Source: a candidate division FCPU426 bacterium
GTDB lineage: Bacteria > Oederibacteriota > Muellerivitia > Muellerivitales > Muellerivitaceae
Direction of reading: 5' to 3'
DNA length: 64,000 bases
Assembly (NCBI GenBank): GCA_963847625.1
Contig: CAWKAR010000019.1
Coordinates: forward strand, 64,001-128,000
Notes under the pieces: generated by a model
What the model saw: the letters and a program-made list of their open reading frames with translations, nothing else
What the model was told of the DNA's origin: nothing
Database searches by the model: none
Program-made: the position numbers and the translations under genes
Shown: piece by piece, positions 32,257 to 42,114 of the stretch
Layout of the letters: each line of letters starts with the position of its first letter
Numbering within the stretch: position 1 is the first letter of the stretch

Positions 32257-32784
32257 TCACGGCTTGGCCGGATGATAAACCATGGGCGGCGCGTACTTTT
32301 TGAAGTTTTTCCGGTTCGCTGGGCCCAGACGGCGGAACGCCTGGGGGGAAAGGGTGAATCCCCCGGAACCCAGCATGGCGCAGATGTTCACGTTCTCGCC
32401 AATGACGTCGGGCCGGGTCGAATGGGGCCCTCCCAGGCCGCCGAAAGTGACTTCCCCGAAATGGCACTTTACGTTCATGGCGCAGGCGCTCCAACTCCCC
32501 TTCAGCCATTCGTCGACTTTTCGCTTCAGGGACATGAGGGCCATGATCCCTTCTTCGGCATGTTCCTCCTCGAAAACGGCCAAACCCCCGTCCCCGATGA
32601 ACTTGATCAACAGTCCGTGTCCCTGGTGGACCGCTTCATCCACCAGGCGGCAGTATTGATTGAGAAAGTCGAAGATCTCGCGGCTGGGCTTGTTCCTGCA
32701 GGAAACCGAGTATTTCGAAAGGTCAAAGAAGGCGATGAGCAGGTTCTTCTGGCTGGGCGGAATGGACGACGGGTTTCGAGTCAT
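32257..32784 (-). CDS. Stand-alone class III adenylate/guanylate cyclase-domain protein
   Basis: IAFFDL, IKFIGDG, GEVTFG, DVIGENVN. Confidence 0.8.
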   Translation of the reverse strand: MTRNPSSIPPSQKNLLIAFFDLSKYSVSCRNKPSREIFDFLNQYCRLVDEAVHQGHGLLIKFIGDGGLAVFEEEHAEEGIMALMSLKRKVDEWLKGSWSACAMNVKCHFGEVTFGGLGGPHSTRPDVIGENVNICAMLGSGGFTLSPQAFRRLGPANRKNFKKYAPPMVYHPAKP

Positions 32785-33338
32785 GGTTCCCCATGGATGT
32801 TCTTGATGTGCAGTTGGCCTGTATGTCCAACGGTTAAGAGAGGAATATCATCAGCCCGTAAGCCGGGCAGTGATTCGATTATATGCCGATTAACAATGGG
32901 CAACAAATAAGCGCATTACCGTCCACGACTCGCTGGCATTAACCGATATCCACAGGGCCAAAGAACCCCTTTAAAATCGGATTTCGGTCATTTTCGCGGC
33001 CGGAAAGGTTTTATTTTTTGCGGCGATTATCGGATCGACGGTTTCCTTTACGCGCAACACCCTCGCGCAATCCTATCAGTCTCCCCGGAAAACGCAGGTC
33101 GCCCGGTTTTCGGCGTTCGATTTTTCTTCGGTTAACAGTCAAAGCGGCTTTTTTCTTTTTAAGCATTTTTAGAATCCCCCTTTAATGTTCTTTTTTGAAA
33201 TATAAACCCAACAAAATAATTGGACATAGTAACCAGCGTATTTTAACCAATCCCCGGAAAAATTCTGGTATATAACAAAGGGCCCCTAGGAGCGGTTCAT
33301 CGCGGGATACTAAGAAATTCGCGGAAACTCACTGGGTA

Positions 33339-33542
33339 GTCAAGGGACGCCTTTCGCACCGCAGCGAAGGGCAGTGCCTTCGGGTCGCCACTTGGACGGG
33401 GCATGGTACCCCGCCCAAGTACACGGCTAGGCCCCCGGGCATGCCGACCTTCAATAAGATGTCAAAAGTGGTCGGTATAGTACCGATTTCCATATTGGTT
33501 TTTATGGTGAATCGGCACAAGCCCGGGGCCTTGACAGCCGGT
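33339..33542. repeat. Structured repeat family B, long copy (204 bp)
   Basis: Direct repeat of 31938-32141 with few substitutions. Confidence 0.85.
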
Positions 33543-33697
33543 AACCCGTTATTCTACAAGCTCCCAGCCTGGATTCGCCTTACCAGTTGAAAAAAGGGAA
33601 AAACGCGGAGTATGTTAGTCAAGATAAGGATCGTTAGTTTTTGATTTTCTGAACAGGCCAGACCGTCCGTGCGCTAAATAATGAGGAAGTTATCCCA

Positions 33698-34264
33698 TTG
33701 AAAACGTTTAAAACTCTTGCCGCAACGATTGACGCTAAGGACCCATTTACTAAACACCATTCCGCATCTGTCGGGAAACTTTGCGAAGGTATCGCAAGGG
33801 AACTCGGTTGGAGCGAAAAGAATATTCAGTTATTGGTAAATGCGGCCTTGATGCATGACATAGGCAAAATCAACGTGCCCGAAGCCATTATTTCGAAGCC
33901 GGGAAAATTGAATGTGGTTGAGAAGCGCGTCATTGAGGAACACCCATCTATTGGAAATAATATATTGAAAGGCATCAAATTGCCGGGAATGGAAATCATC
34001 CGCAGGGCGGTACACGAGCATCATGAGCGGTGGAATGGATCAGGGTATCCCCGCCGTTTAAAAAAGAAAAAAATCTCAATGGAAGCGCGTATTATCGCTG
34101 TAGCCGATTCTTTTGACGCCATGACAACTGCTCGGCATTATAAAGTAAAGAAGGATAAAAAAACCGCGTTGGATGAAATACTTAGGCTTTCAGGCAAGTT
34201 GTATGATCCCGAGGTGGTGCGCGCATTTAAAAGATATTTCAAAACCGTTTGGGGAAGCTCCTAA
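33698..34264 (+). CDS. Stand-alone HD-GYP phosphodiesterase
   Basis: DAKDPFTKHHS, MHDIGK, HHERWNGSGYP, IIAVADSFDAMT. Confidence 0.92.
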   Translation: MKTFKTLAATIDAKDPFTKHHSASVGKLCEGIARELGWSEKNIQLLVNAALMHDIGKINVPEAIISKPGKLNVVEKRVIEEHPSIGNNILKGIKLPGMEIIRRAVHEHHERWNGSGYPRRLKKKKISMEARIIAVADSFDAMTTARHYKVKKDKKTALDEILRLSGKLYDPEVVRAFKRYFKTVWGSS

Positions 34265-34496
34265 TAGCAAGAAGATCATGGGGGGCCAGGCGTCCGGGCC
34301 TATGCGCAGGGGTTTCGGGGAAGAAATTGAAACTGGTTTAATCATTCCTAATAACCCTAGCCTAACTGGCCTTCCCTCAATATTCGATCCAATTTTGATT
34401 TACGGTAACCTATAAAACCCAACCACGCGGGATGGGAGCTCAGCTGAACTGGTCCCTGGATTTCCCGCCAGGGATTGCCTGTTCCGCGTGAGTCAT

Positions 34497-36302
34497 TCAT
34501 TTTTTCAAGGCGTAGATCAGGGCACTGCAACTGGCGGTATCCGTGACATAAAGGTTATTCTCGGGATCGATGGTGATCCCGTTGTATTTCGGGGGGATTT
34601 TATAATTGCCCTGGGGCGTGCCGAATTCCGTCAAATAGTAGCCCTCAGGATCGAATACCTGGATCCTCAGGTTCCGATCGGTCACGAAAATATTTCTTTT
34701 CGAGTCGGCCGCGACACCCACCGGCGCCGAGAACTCCCCGCGGCCGTTTCCCCTTTTGCCGAACTTGCTTTTGAAAACGCCGCGATTCGTGAAGATTTGC
34801 ACCCGGTAGTTTTTTTCATCCACCACCAATAGGTTCGAGGCGTTATCCATGGTAATCCCCGCGGGGCTGTTGAACTCGCCCAACCTTGTCCCCTGCATCC
34901 CGAATTTGTTCAAGACCTTTCCGGCCGGGTTGAAAACGCGGATCCGGTGGTTGCCCGTGTCGGAAACGTAAATATTGTCCTTGTCGTCCAACGCCAGGGC
35001 TTGGGGGCCGTAAAATCCGCCGGAGCCGCTTTCTATTCTTCCCGTCGTGGGGGAGGCGGGCTCGCCGAATTTCGTGATGAGTTCCCCCGATTTCCCGATG
35101 ACCTTGACCGAGCAGGTCTTAGCGTCCAGGACGACGAGGTTCCCGCCCTGGTCGATGGCGATGGAAACCGGCATGAGGAAGCAAACTTCCTTTGGATCGC
35201 CCGTGTCTTTCCCCAATTGGCCGATCGAATGGAGGAATCTACCCTCGGTGCTGAAAACCTGGATGTTGCCTTTCATGGAATCGCAAACATAAATCCGTTT
35301 TTGGGCGTCCACCGCGACGGAAAGGGGCGAGAGAAAATACCCTTCCTCTTTTCCCTGGCTCCCGATGGTCCCCACCAGCTTGTAATGGTAGCCCTGGTAC
35401 CGGAGCGTGTTGATATCCGCCGCGTCCTTGACCTGTTTTTTCCGGGAATCTTGCACCAGGGTATGGGTCAACACTTCCGGGCTTTTACTTTCAACCGAAA
35501 TCAGGCCTGAAAGCAGGGAAGGCGGGATTTTCTCCAAGTCGCGCTTCATTTCATCCGCGGACTGGTACCGTTTCGATTGCTCCTTTTGCATGGCTTTTAA
35601 AATGACCGCTTCCAGTTCCCTGGAAATCCCGGGATTCAACTGATGGGGCGCGGGCGGTTCATTGTTTAAAATCTTGTTCAGGATTTCCATGGGGGCGCCC
35701 TCGGAAAACGGGAGTTTGCCCGTGACCATCTCGTAAAGGATGACCCCCACCGAATAGAGGTCGGAGGCGGGCGTGGAATGGCCTAACACTTGTTCCTTGG
35801 CCATGTAGTAAAGGGTCCCCCCCATTCCGGCGTTGTCTTGGCCCTCCTGGATAAAAGCCGTGCCGAAATCCGTGATCTTGGCTTTCCTGTCCGACGTCAG
35901 GAGGATGTTCCCGGGTTTCAGGTCGCGGTGAATGACGTTCTTTTCATGGGCGTACTGCAACCCGGAAAGAATCTGGATGATAATATCGACCCCCTCCTTG
36001 TAAGTAAGTGTTTTTTCCTTGAGAAGCTGGGCTAGGTTTTTCCCGTCCACGTATTCCATGACCATGAAAAAAATGTTCTCAGCCCGGTCGACGGTCAGGA
36101 TTTGGACGATATTGGGATGGTCCAGCGAGGCCAGCAGTTTGGGTTCGGCGATGAGGGTGGTGAATTCCTCTTTTTGGTTGTGGGGGATTTTGATGGCGAC
36201 TTGCTTTTTGATCCAGGTGTCTTCCGCCAGCCAAACAGTGCCGAAGGTGCCGCTCCCCTTAATCTCCAGAAGCTTGTATTTATCGATACTGCCTTGAAGC
36301 AT
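34497..36302 (-). CDS. Ser/Thr protein kinase with C-terminal NHL beta-propeller
   Basis: GSGTFG, VAIK, HRDLKPGN, DFG; repeated P.GIAVD...IYVSDTGNHRIRVF. Confidence 0.9.
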   Translation of the reverse strand: MLQGSIDKYKLLEIKGSGTFGTVWLAEDTWIKKQVAIKIPHNQKEEFTTLIAEPKLLASLDHPNIVQILTVDRAENIFFMVMEYVDGKNLAQLLKEKTLTYKEGVDIIIQILSGLQYAHEKNVIHRDLKPGNILLTSDRKAKITDFGTAFIQEGQDNAGMGGTLYYMAKEQVLGHSTPASDLYSVGVILYEMVTGKLPFSEGAPMEILNKILNNEPPAPHQLNPGISRELEAVILKAMQKEQSKRYQSADEMKRDLEKIPPSLLSGLISVESKSPEVLTHTLVQDSRKKQVKDAADINTLRYQGYHYKLVGTIGSQGKEEGYFLSPLSVAVDAQKRIYVCDSMKGNIQVFSTEGRFLHSIGQLGKDTGDPKEVCFLMPVSIAIDQGGNLVVLDAKTCSVKVIGKSGELITKFGEPASPTTGRIESGSGGFYGPQALALDDKDNIYVSDTGNHRIRVFNPAGKVLNKFGMQGTRLGEFNSPAGITMDNASNLLVVDEKNYRVQIFTNRGVFKSKFGKRGNGRGEFSAPVGVAADSKRNIFVTDRNLRIQVFDPEGYYLTEFGTPQGNYKIPPKYNGITIDPENNLYVTDTASCSALIYALKK

Positions 36303-36580
36303 GCATTTCCCCTCACGCTGGATGGGTCTCATTAGGCCAAGCCGTTCATGAGGCCCGGCCTCCTTATTCTGGATAAAAAATAGTTATTCATAAAGCGTAT
36401 TCCAATGAATGATTTCTTAGTATTTGGCGGGAAAAAGCTGAATTTTTGGGATTTTCAAAGTCAAGACAATCGGTAGAAACCTGTCGCAGGAAGAGAAAGT
36501 TCGACCGAATAGGCTCCCTACTAGAAAGGCCCCCACCCTGGTTTCGGCCAGGTTGGCTATTTTTGAAAGAAGTAAAAAGG

Positions 36581-36760
36581 GTGCTGGTTAAAGTTACAAA
36601 CACAAATGACGGCTTATTAATTTCCCTTCACCCAGATCAAATTCCATTCATTATTAACAACCAAGATGGGACCGGGACGAATTGGTTAAATTCCGCTTAC
36701 AAAATTTCAGTTTCCCAAAGCGATAAACAAACGATTTTGGATTCAATTGCTCAAAATTGA
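36581..36760 (+). CDS. Small hypothetical protein (59 aa)
   Basis: GTG start; MLVKVTNTNDGLLISLHPDQI pattern loosely like 4690-4866. Confidence 0.4.
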   Translation: MLVKVTNTNDGLLISLHPDQIPFIINNQDGTGTNWLNSAYKISVSQSDKQTILDSIAQN

Positions 36761-36838
36761 TTCGGAAAGAAATGCTGTGAGTAATAAAACCTTAAAAGAT
36801 TTTCCCCATTTTGTGCCTGTATTTGAGAGAATTTTGGT

Positions 36839-37495
36839 ATGGAAATCACTTTTACTTATTACTTCAACCACATTTTATTTCCGAAAACAATTTTCCACGC
36901 ATTTTCGTTTCTTGGAATTTGCGGTAGTGATGTTGTTGTGCCCCTTCTTATTGGTGGATTGGATTATTTATACATGAGATATTGGAAAAATAATCCTGCA
37001 CAAGCGAAAGATATTATTCGTCATGCGTTTAAATTTTCTGTTGGCGCATTTGCAGTTATAACTTCCGTGATTATCGGTAGTTTAATAAATGCTGGTTATG
37101 AATCTTATAACGAGTTGAATAAAAAAGTAGTCGGTCTAGAAAAAACACAAAAAAAAGAAGTGAGGGATTTTTTAAAAGAAATGGAAAATTCTAAAAATGC
37201 TCTTAAGGATATAGGGTATGAATATTTAAAAACAGAAGCTAATCCTAACTATAATCCAACTCAAAAATATCAGGATATTGTAAATGCTATAAGCCAATAC
37301 TTGACTAAAAAGTTGGGTTTTCAATACGGCTATGATTTTGGGCATATTACAGGTGATGAGCTACCACCAAATAGTTATTTGCCGGGTCTAGACCGAAGAT
37401 TTAATCCTCAATTTACTTCAATCCAAAAACGATTGAAGGCACTTTCTATTCTTCAAGAAGATGTTTCGGAAGGAAAAATTCATGTCCATAGGTAA
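36839..37495 (+). CDS. Hypothetical membrane protein
   Basis: 218-aa AT-rich ORF, two hydrophobic segments and a coiled-coil-like region. Confidence 0.6.
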   Translation: MEITFTYYFNHILFPKTIFHAFSFLGICGSDVVVPLLIGGLDYLYMRYWKNNPAQAKDIIRHAFKFSVGAFAVITSVIIGSLINAGYESYNELNKKVVGLEKTQKKEVRDFLKEMENSKNALKDIGYEYLKTEANPNYNPTQKYQDIVNAISQYLTKKLGFQYGYDFGHITGDELPPNSYLPGLDRRFNPQFTSIQKRLKALSILQEDVSEGKIHVHR

Positions 37496-37594
37496 ATCAT
37501 TTTCACTTCAATAAACCCGAAACCATAAAAAGCCAACCAACCAGCCCAATAAAAAAAGACCAAAGTGGATTGCCCAGGTGGTCTTGTTTAAGGG

Positions 37595-38134
37595 TCACCG
37601 TATATCCCAACCTGGTCTTGAATTTTCCGCAGGAGCTACAAGTGGGGTTGGAACACCTGATGCTGGAACACCTGAGGCGGATTTGTGATTGTTTGAATTA
37701 TTCTCTTCTTCATTAGGATTAACTGTGTCTCCACTTGGATGTGCATAAACCGGACTTTCCAAAACAATAAATTTAATTCTGCTGTTTGTTGCTGAAAGCA
37801 CTTTTATTTTCGTACTCCGGAAAGTGATAATTTTATCCTCTGTAATATCATAAGTTAAATCTTGGGTGAAGGCTTGGCGGGCCAAATTGTCGGAGAATTC
37901 CCTATAGAAAATTTTAATTATTTTTCCTTGTTTACCTGAATAGGTTAATGTCGTTTCAAACTTGCTTTCAATATTTCCATTAGTATCATTCTTTCTTTCA
38001 TCAGTCACATCAATCATTACATCTCCAACATTTGAAGTTAATACCTCACCTCTAGAAAAATTGTACATACGATAAACGCTGAACGTACATCCGCTAATAC
38101 CCAAAACCATCAACCCCAAGAATATTTTTTTCAA
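37595..38134 (-). CDS. Hypothetical lipoprotein
   Basis: AAAGGAG RBS, TTG start, lipobox ISGC; LTYSG..G..IKIFYREFSDNLARQAF. Confidence 0.7.
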   Translation of the reverse strand: MKKIFLGLMVLGISGCTFSVYRMYNFSRGEVLTSNVGDVMIDVTDERKNDTNGNIESKFETTLTYSGKQGKIIKIFYREFSDNLARQAFTQDLTYDITEDKIITFRSTKIKVLSATNSRIKFIVLESPVYAHPSGDTVNPNEEENNSNNHKSASGVPASGVPTPLVAPAENSRPGWDIR

Positions 38135-38147
38135 AATATTTCTCCTT

Positions 38148-38294
38148 TCAATGATTGCCAAATGCATGGTTTATAAAGCTTTGGTTTCTATTATTCGCTT
38201 CATTGTTTTCCCATTTTTGAACTGTCCATACCCAGAGACCAGCTATAGTAATAATGGCGATTATCCATAAAATGAATTTTTGTCTTGGGGTCAT
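38148..38294 (-). CDS. Small single-TM hypothetical protein
   Basis: MTPRQKFILWIIAIITIAGLWVW with GGAGG RBS. Confidence 0.4.
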   Translation of the reverse strand: MTPRQKFILWIIAIITIAGLWVWTVQKWENNEANNRNQSFINHAFGNH

Positions 38295-38367
38295 TCTTGG
38301 CCCTCCAAAATGTGCTCTTTGAATTACTCGCAATTGACGGTTCGGGTATAGCACACCTAAATCAAAG

Positions 38368-39012
38368 TCATTGTTCATCAAATTTTTTTATGCCATTATC
38401 TTTAAAGTATTTTTCTATTTCGTCAAATATCGGTTTCTTTTCCTTAACATATTTCCGCAATTTCCCAGGAGATGCGGAAGCCGAAAAAACAAAATTAATA
38501 AAATTTGAATACAGGAGTTTATTGAGCGTTTCCATACTACAATCCATTTCAATTAACTCTTTCATCAATACACACTTCGCTCTTAAATCGTTCGTAAATG
38601 ATTCTAAATTAAAATCAAAATCATTGGGAGGAAAATGAATTTTAGAATTCATAACAACCGTCCTATACAATTTTTGATAGATGTAATCATATACATCAAC
38701 AGTAACAAGTAAAATATATCCAGATGCGCTTTCGTACGTTTTTTTTACAGCAAGAATTTGTTTCATGAATTTTTCTCTAAGTTGTCCATTGGCCTGCCAT
38801 ATAGTTGCAAAACCTTTCAAATCTAGCATCCTTATTATTTCTTCAATTTCTCCCAAAAGTTCAAATTGTTTTTCTCTCCGCTTTGCATTTTGGTCAAACC
38901 TTAACTCATAAAATCTGAATAGACTATTTACGAAACCAGCTACCAACGCACCTACCAATGCGCCAACAAGAGCAGCAATTAATGGAATGTAAGATTGTGT
39001 GGCTGAACACAT
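38368..39012 (-). CDS. Hypothetical protein with N-terminal TM helix
   Basis: 214-aa AT-rich ORF, GAGGA RBS. Confidence 0.6.
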   Translation of the reverse strand: MCSATQSYIPLIAALVGALVGALVAGFVNSLFRFYELRFDQNAKRREKQFELLGEIEEIIRMLDLKGFATIWQANGQLREKFMKQILAVKKTYESASGYILLVTVDVYDYIYQKLYRTVVMNSKIHFPPNDFDFNLESFTNDLRAKCVLMKELIEMDCSMETLNKLLYSNFINFVFSASASPGKLRKYVKEKKPIFDEIEKYFKDNGIKKFDEQ

Positions 39013-39296
39013 AACAATCCTCTGTTTGGTTAAATAGATGAATTAACTTAATTAATTAAGAGAAAGAATCAAAAGCACTACCACAAACGCTACCCCGCAA
39101 GGCTTTTTAAGCCCCTACCGGGAAAAGGTTCACACAATTTATATTAACTCAACATTAACTCAACTTGTAAAAACTATGTTTTTTAAGGGGAATAGTGGGT
39201 GAATAGGGTTAAAGAATAGTTATACACAAAGGTTATTCCATTGGGCGTTTTAATGGTTTTTGTTTTTTGAAAGGCCGAATTTCTGGATTTCCAACT

Positions 39297-40568
39297 TTAA
39301 GATAATCGGTAGAAACCTGTTCCGTGGGGCGGAAGTTCGACCGAATAGGCTCCCTTTTTTTCCTGCAGGAATTCCCCAGTCCAGATGTCCTTCATCACCG
39401 GGGGCTTCGGCAACCCGAATTCCTTCCAGAGCAATGGAAAGGTCATGGCGTTGTCCCCCAGGTTGAACAGGGCCAGGTAACGGACGCCGGGTTCTTGGGC
39501 CTTCGCGGCCCACACTATGAGGTCCCCCTGTTGGAAAAGTTCTCGGTTGTCCCGGCTGTTTTGGTTGACTTCCAAAAGGTCGCGGTTGGCCAGGAGCGAG
39601 TGGGTGAATTGGCCCAGGCAGGGCAGGTCCCCGCCCATCATGAGGGGGGAACGGAAAATCGCCCAAAGGGTCATGAGGGTTTTCTGCTCGTCCCGGCTCA
39701 GGCGGTTTTCCCATCCATCCGGCCCCTCCTTCCAGATGGCAAGCCGGCCCAGTGGAAGCATGTCCAGGTCCGGCCAATGGCCGGGTCCCGAACGGCCCTG
39801 CCAAAGGCGGGCGACCTGGAATTGCTTCTTGACTTGGTCCCACTCGTCCCAGACGTCGTCGGAGAGCCGCCACATTTGGGCGTGCTCCCCCAGGTGCTTT
39901 TCCAAGGCGGGCGTGACGATGGGCCCTCCCGGGGAAAGGCTCAAGACCATTTCCCGCTTGCATCTCTTGATGGCCAAGGTCATGGCCTCGAGTTCGGGCG
40001 TGTGGTATATCGGCGACAGCATGTCGTCCGCCTTCACGAAGTCCACGCCCCATTGGGCGTACAACTTGAAGATGGAATCGTAATAAGCCTGAGCGCCGGA
40101 TTTCTGCATGTCCACCCCGAACATGTCGGGGTTCCAGGGGCATGTGCTTTGAGGGTCGGCGATATCACCCGCGCGGACATTAGAGTCCAGAACGGGCGTT
40201 TTCATCAAGACCGCCTGCTTGGGGATGCCCCTCATGATGTGGATGCCGAACTTGAGCCCCAGGGAGTGGACATAGTCCGCCAGGGGCTTGAAGCCGGCCC
40301 CGTCCTTGGCGGAGGGAAAGCGGTTGGGGGCCGGGAACAGCCTCCCCCACATGTCCATTTCCAGGTTGGCGCCGGGCTGGTAGCTGTGCCCTTTCGCGTC
40401 GGGGGCGGACCATTGGATATCCACCACAATGTATTCCCATCCATAGTCCAGGAGGCGCTGTTTCATCACCTCGGCGTTGGCCCGAACCTGCTCTTCCGTG
40501 ACCGCGGTGCCGTAGCAATCCCAGCTGTTCCATCCCAAGGGGGGTTTTTGAGCTAAGGACAGGGTCAT
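39297..40568 (-). CDS. Glycoside hydrolase family 27 (alpha-galactosidase-like)
   Basis: PPLGWNSWD, YIVVDIQW, GLKFGIH, WGVDFVKADD, WRLSDD, WPDLDML, SPLM. Confidence 0.92.
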   Translation of the reverse strand: MTLSLAQKPPLGWNSWDCYGTAVTEEQVRANAEVMKQRLLDYGWEYIVVDIQWSAPDAKGHSYQPGANLEMDMWGRLFPAPNRFPSAKDGAGFKPLADYVHSLGLKFGIHIMRGIPKQAVLMKTPVLDSNVRAGDIADPQSTCPWNPDMFGVDMQKSGAQAYYDSIFKLYAQWGVDFVKADDMLSPIYHTPELEAMTLAIKRCKREMVLSLSPGGPIVTPALEKHLGEHAQMWRLSDDVWDEWDQVKKQFQVARLWQGRSGPGHWPDLDMLPLGRLAIWKEGPDGWENRLSRDEQKTLMTLWAIFRSPLMMGGDLPCLGQFTHSLLANRDLLEVNQNSRDNRELFQQGDLIVWAAKAQEPGVRYLALFNLGDNAMTFPLLWKEFGLPKPPVMKDIWTGEFLQEKKGAYSVELPPHGTGFYRLS

Positions 40569-40612
40569 GATGGGTTCTATCCTTTACAACAAGTAAAAGC
40601 AAAAAGACATGG

Positions 40613-40860
40613 AACCGCCGATCAAATCCGATGTCCCGCATCTCAATAAAGGAGTTAATGGATTGCGGGACAATACCACTTTCATTTGAAATCCTTTCAA
40701 TAGTGAAGTGGCATGTGCCAATCTAACATGAAAATATTTCGAGATTGGTACTATACCAGCCTCATTGAATATTTATGGAAGGCTGGCATGGACGCCGATA
40801 AGTTTTAGAAAGCCTTAAACTATAAGCCGTTATCGGCGTTTATCGGCCGTTATCTGCGGT
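40613..40860. repeat. Cluster of four tandem ~37-40-bp hairpins inside an inverted-repeat frame
   Basis: TGTCCCGCA/TGCGGGACA, ATACCACTT/AAGTGGCAT, GTGCCAATCT/AGATTGGTAC, ATACCAGCCT/AGGCTGGCAT; flanks ACCGCCGAT...ATCTGCGGT. Confidence 0.6.
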
Positions 40861-40905
40861 AAATAAATTTCTTTACGTGCCGTAAAGGTATTGTCACCAA
40901 AACTT

Positions 40906-41603
40906 TTATTGGCTTGCGCGGGCCTTGAGAATGGCATGCAGTTTTTGGTCCACGTATTGCATGCACCAAAAATGCTTGGGGTTGAACCCGAACTCGTCGG
41001 CGCAGGCCTTGCACTCCACGGTTTTCGCCCGGCAAATCTTGTCGAATTGGGACAGCGACAGGATCACGAAATGGAATTCCATGACCTTATCCTTCAACAT
41101 TTTCCCGTCGTATTGCTCGTCCGACCAGGGCATGGCCTCGTCATCCACCAGCCAGGCGAAAGTCTTGCATGACTTCCAGCGCCAGTCGTCCGAGGTGGAG
41201 ATGAAAAGCAGCCGGATCTCCGGCTGGTCGCCGCCCTCCGCGCCCTTATCCGGGACCGCGCAAAGCAGGTTAAAGTGGATGCCGGTAGAATTATCCTTAG
41301 GATCCATCATTTGGAGTTGGTCGATGCTGAAACTGTTCTCCAAGGTGATCTTCGTGAACTTTTTGAATTTGTCGTGTTTGACGATGAAATGCGAGGAATT
41401 GGCCCGGATGAAATCATCGAATTCGGCGCTGGTAAACTGCGGTGCCTCTTCCGCTGGTTGTGCGGCCGGTTGGACGCCGACCGGGGGGGAGGTATTTCGG
41501 TGGAAGTGGGCGAAGGCGCGGCGGAAGTCTGGTCGTAGGCATACTGCCCCAAGGCCATGGCCGGCAATAGGGCGCACAAAAAGAGGAAAAGATTCATTTT
41601 CAC
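40906..41603 (-). pseudogene. Secreted hypothetical protein frameshifted at a C7 homopolymer
   Basis: Signal peptide MKMNLFLFLCALLPAMALG is in one frame and the globular body in another; adding one base to the G7 run at 41483-41489 joins them. Confidence 0.65.
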
Positions 41604-41703
41604 GGCGGCACCTCGCAAATGAATTTTTATTAGTATAACGGGAGGCCCCACCCCGATTCAAAGGTTCTTATAAATGGCTATGCATATATACATATTATGT
41701 GTT

Positions 41704-42094
41704 TTCACACCTCTCCAAAATAATACCTAGCCACGGATATGCCGATCATCCATAAAAACATAATGAGATCGGTATGATACCAGCCCCATTAAAAGCTTTA
41801 TTGAAGGCTGGCATGCTTTTTATGAGTGTTTTTGCTATCCCCATCCATCCCCTGAATCCGTGGCTAAGCCATGACTTTGTTTTACGACTTAAAAAATCTT
41901 TTGCCACAGATGCATGGGATTCATGGGTTTTAACAAACACAAATATTTAAAGCCTTTTTTCTTAGCCCAATCTAAATGCATCCCCTGAATCCGTGGCTAA
42001 GTACTTGGTTTTGCTTAACGCCTTTAAGACCTAAGAACACCTGATTTTATTTATCATTGTTTCTTGGAATTTGTTTTATGTGGACAGCTATGAA
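41704..42094. repeat. MITE-like repeat family A, copy 2
   Basis: Ends TTCACACCTCTCCA...TGGACAGCTATGAA; two internal GCCAC[G/A]GAT/ATCCGTGGC pairs; 74-bp insert at 41740-41813. Confidence 0.75.
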
Positions 42095-42114
42095 GTGATT
42101 TAATTCTTAAAAGC

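Larger units (their letters stand above)
36435..39355. mobile_element. AT-rich islet flanked by a duplicated 3' end of the GH27 gene
   Basis: About 85-bp imperfect direct repeats at 36435-36519 and about 39271-39355; interior visibly AT-rich; no integrase. Confidence 0.65.

Noticed and set aside
31871..33520. Paralogous short ORFs (CRFTIKTNMEIG...) at 31871-32167 and 33329-33520
   Set aside because: They are translations of the non-coding family B repeat; the frame is not kept in the short copy.
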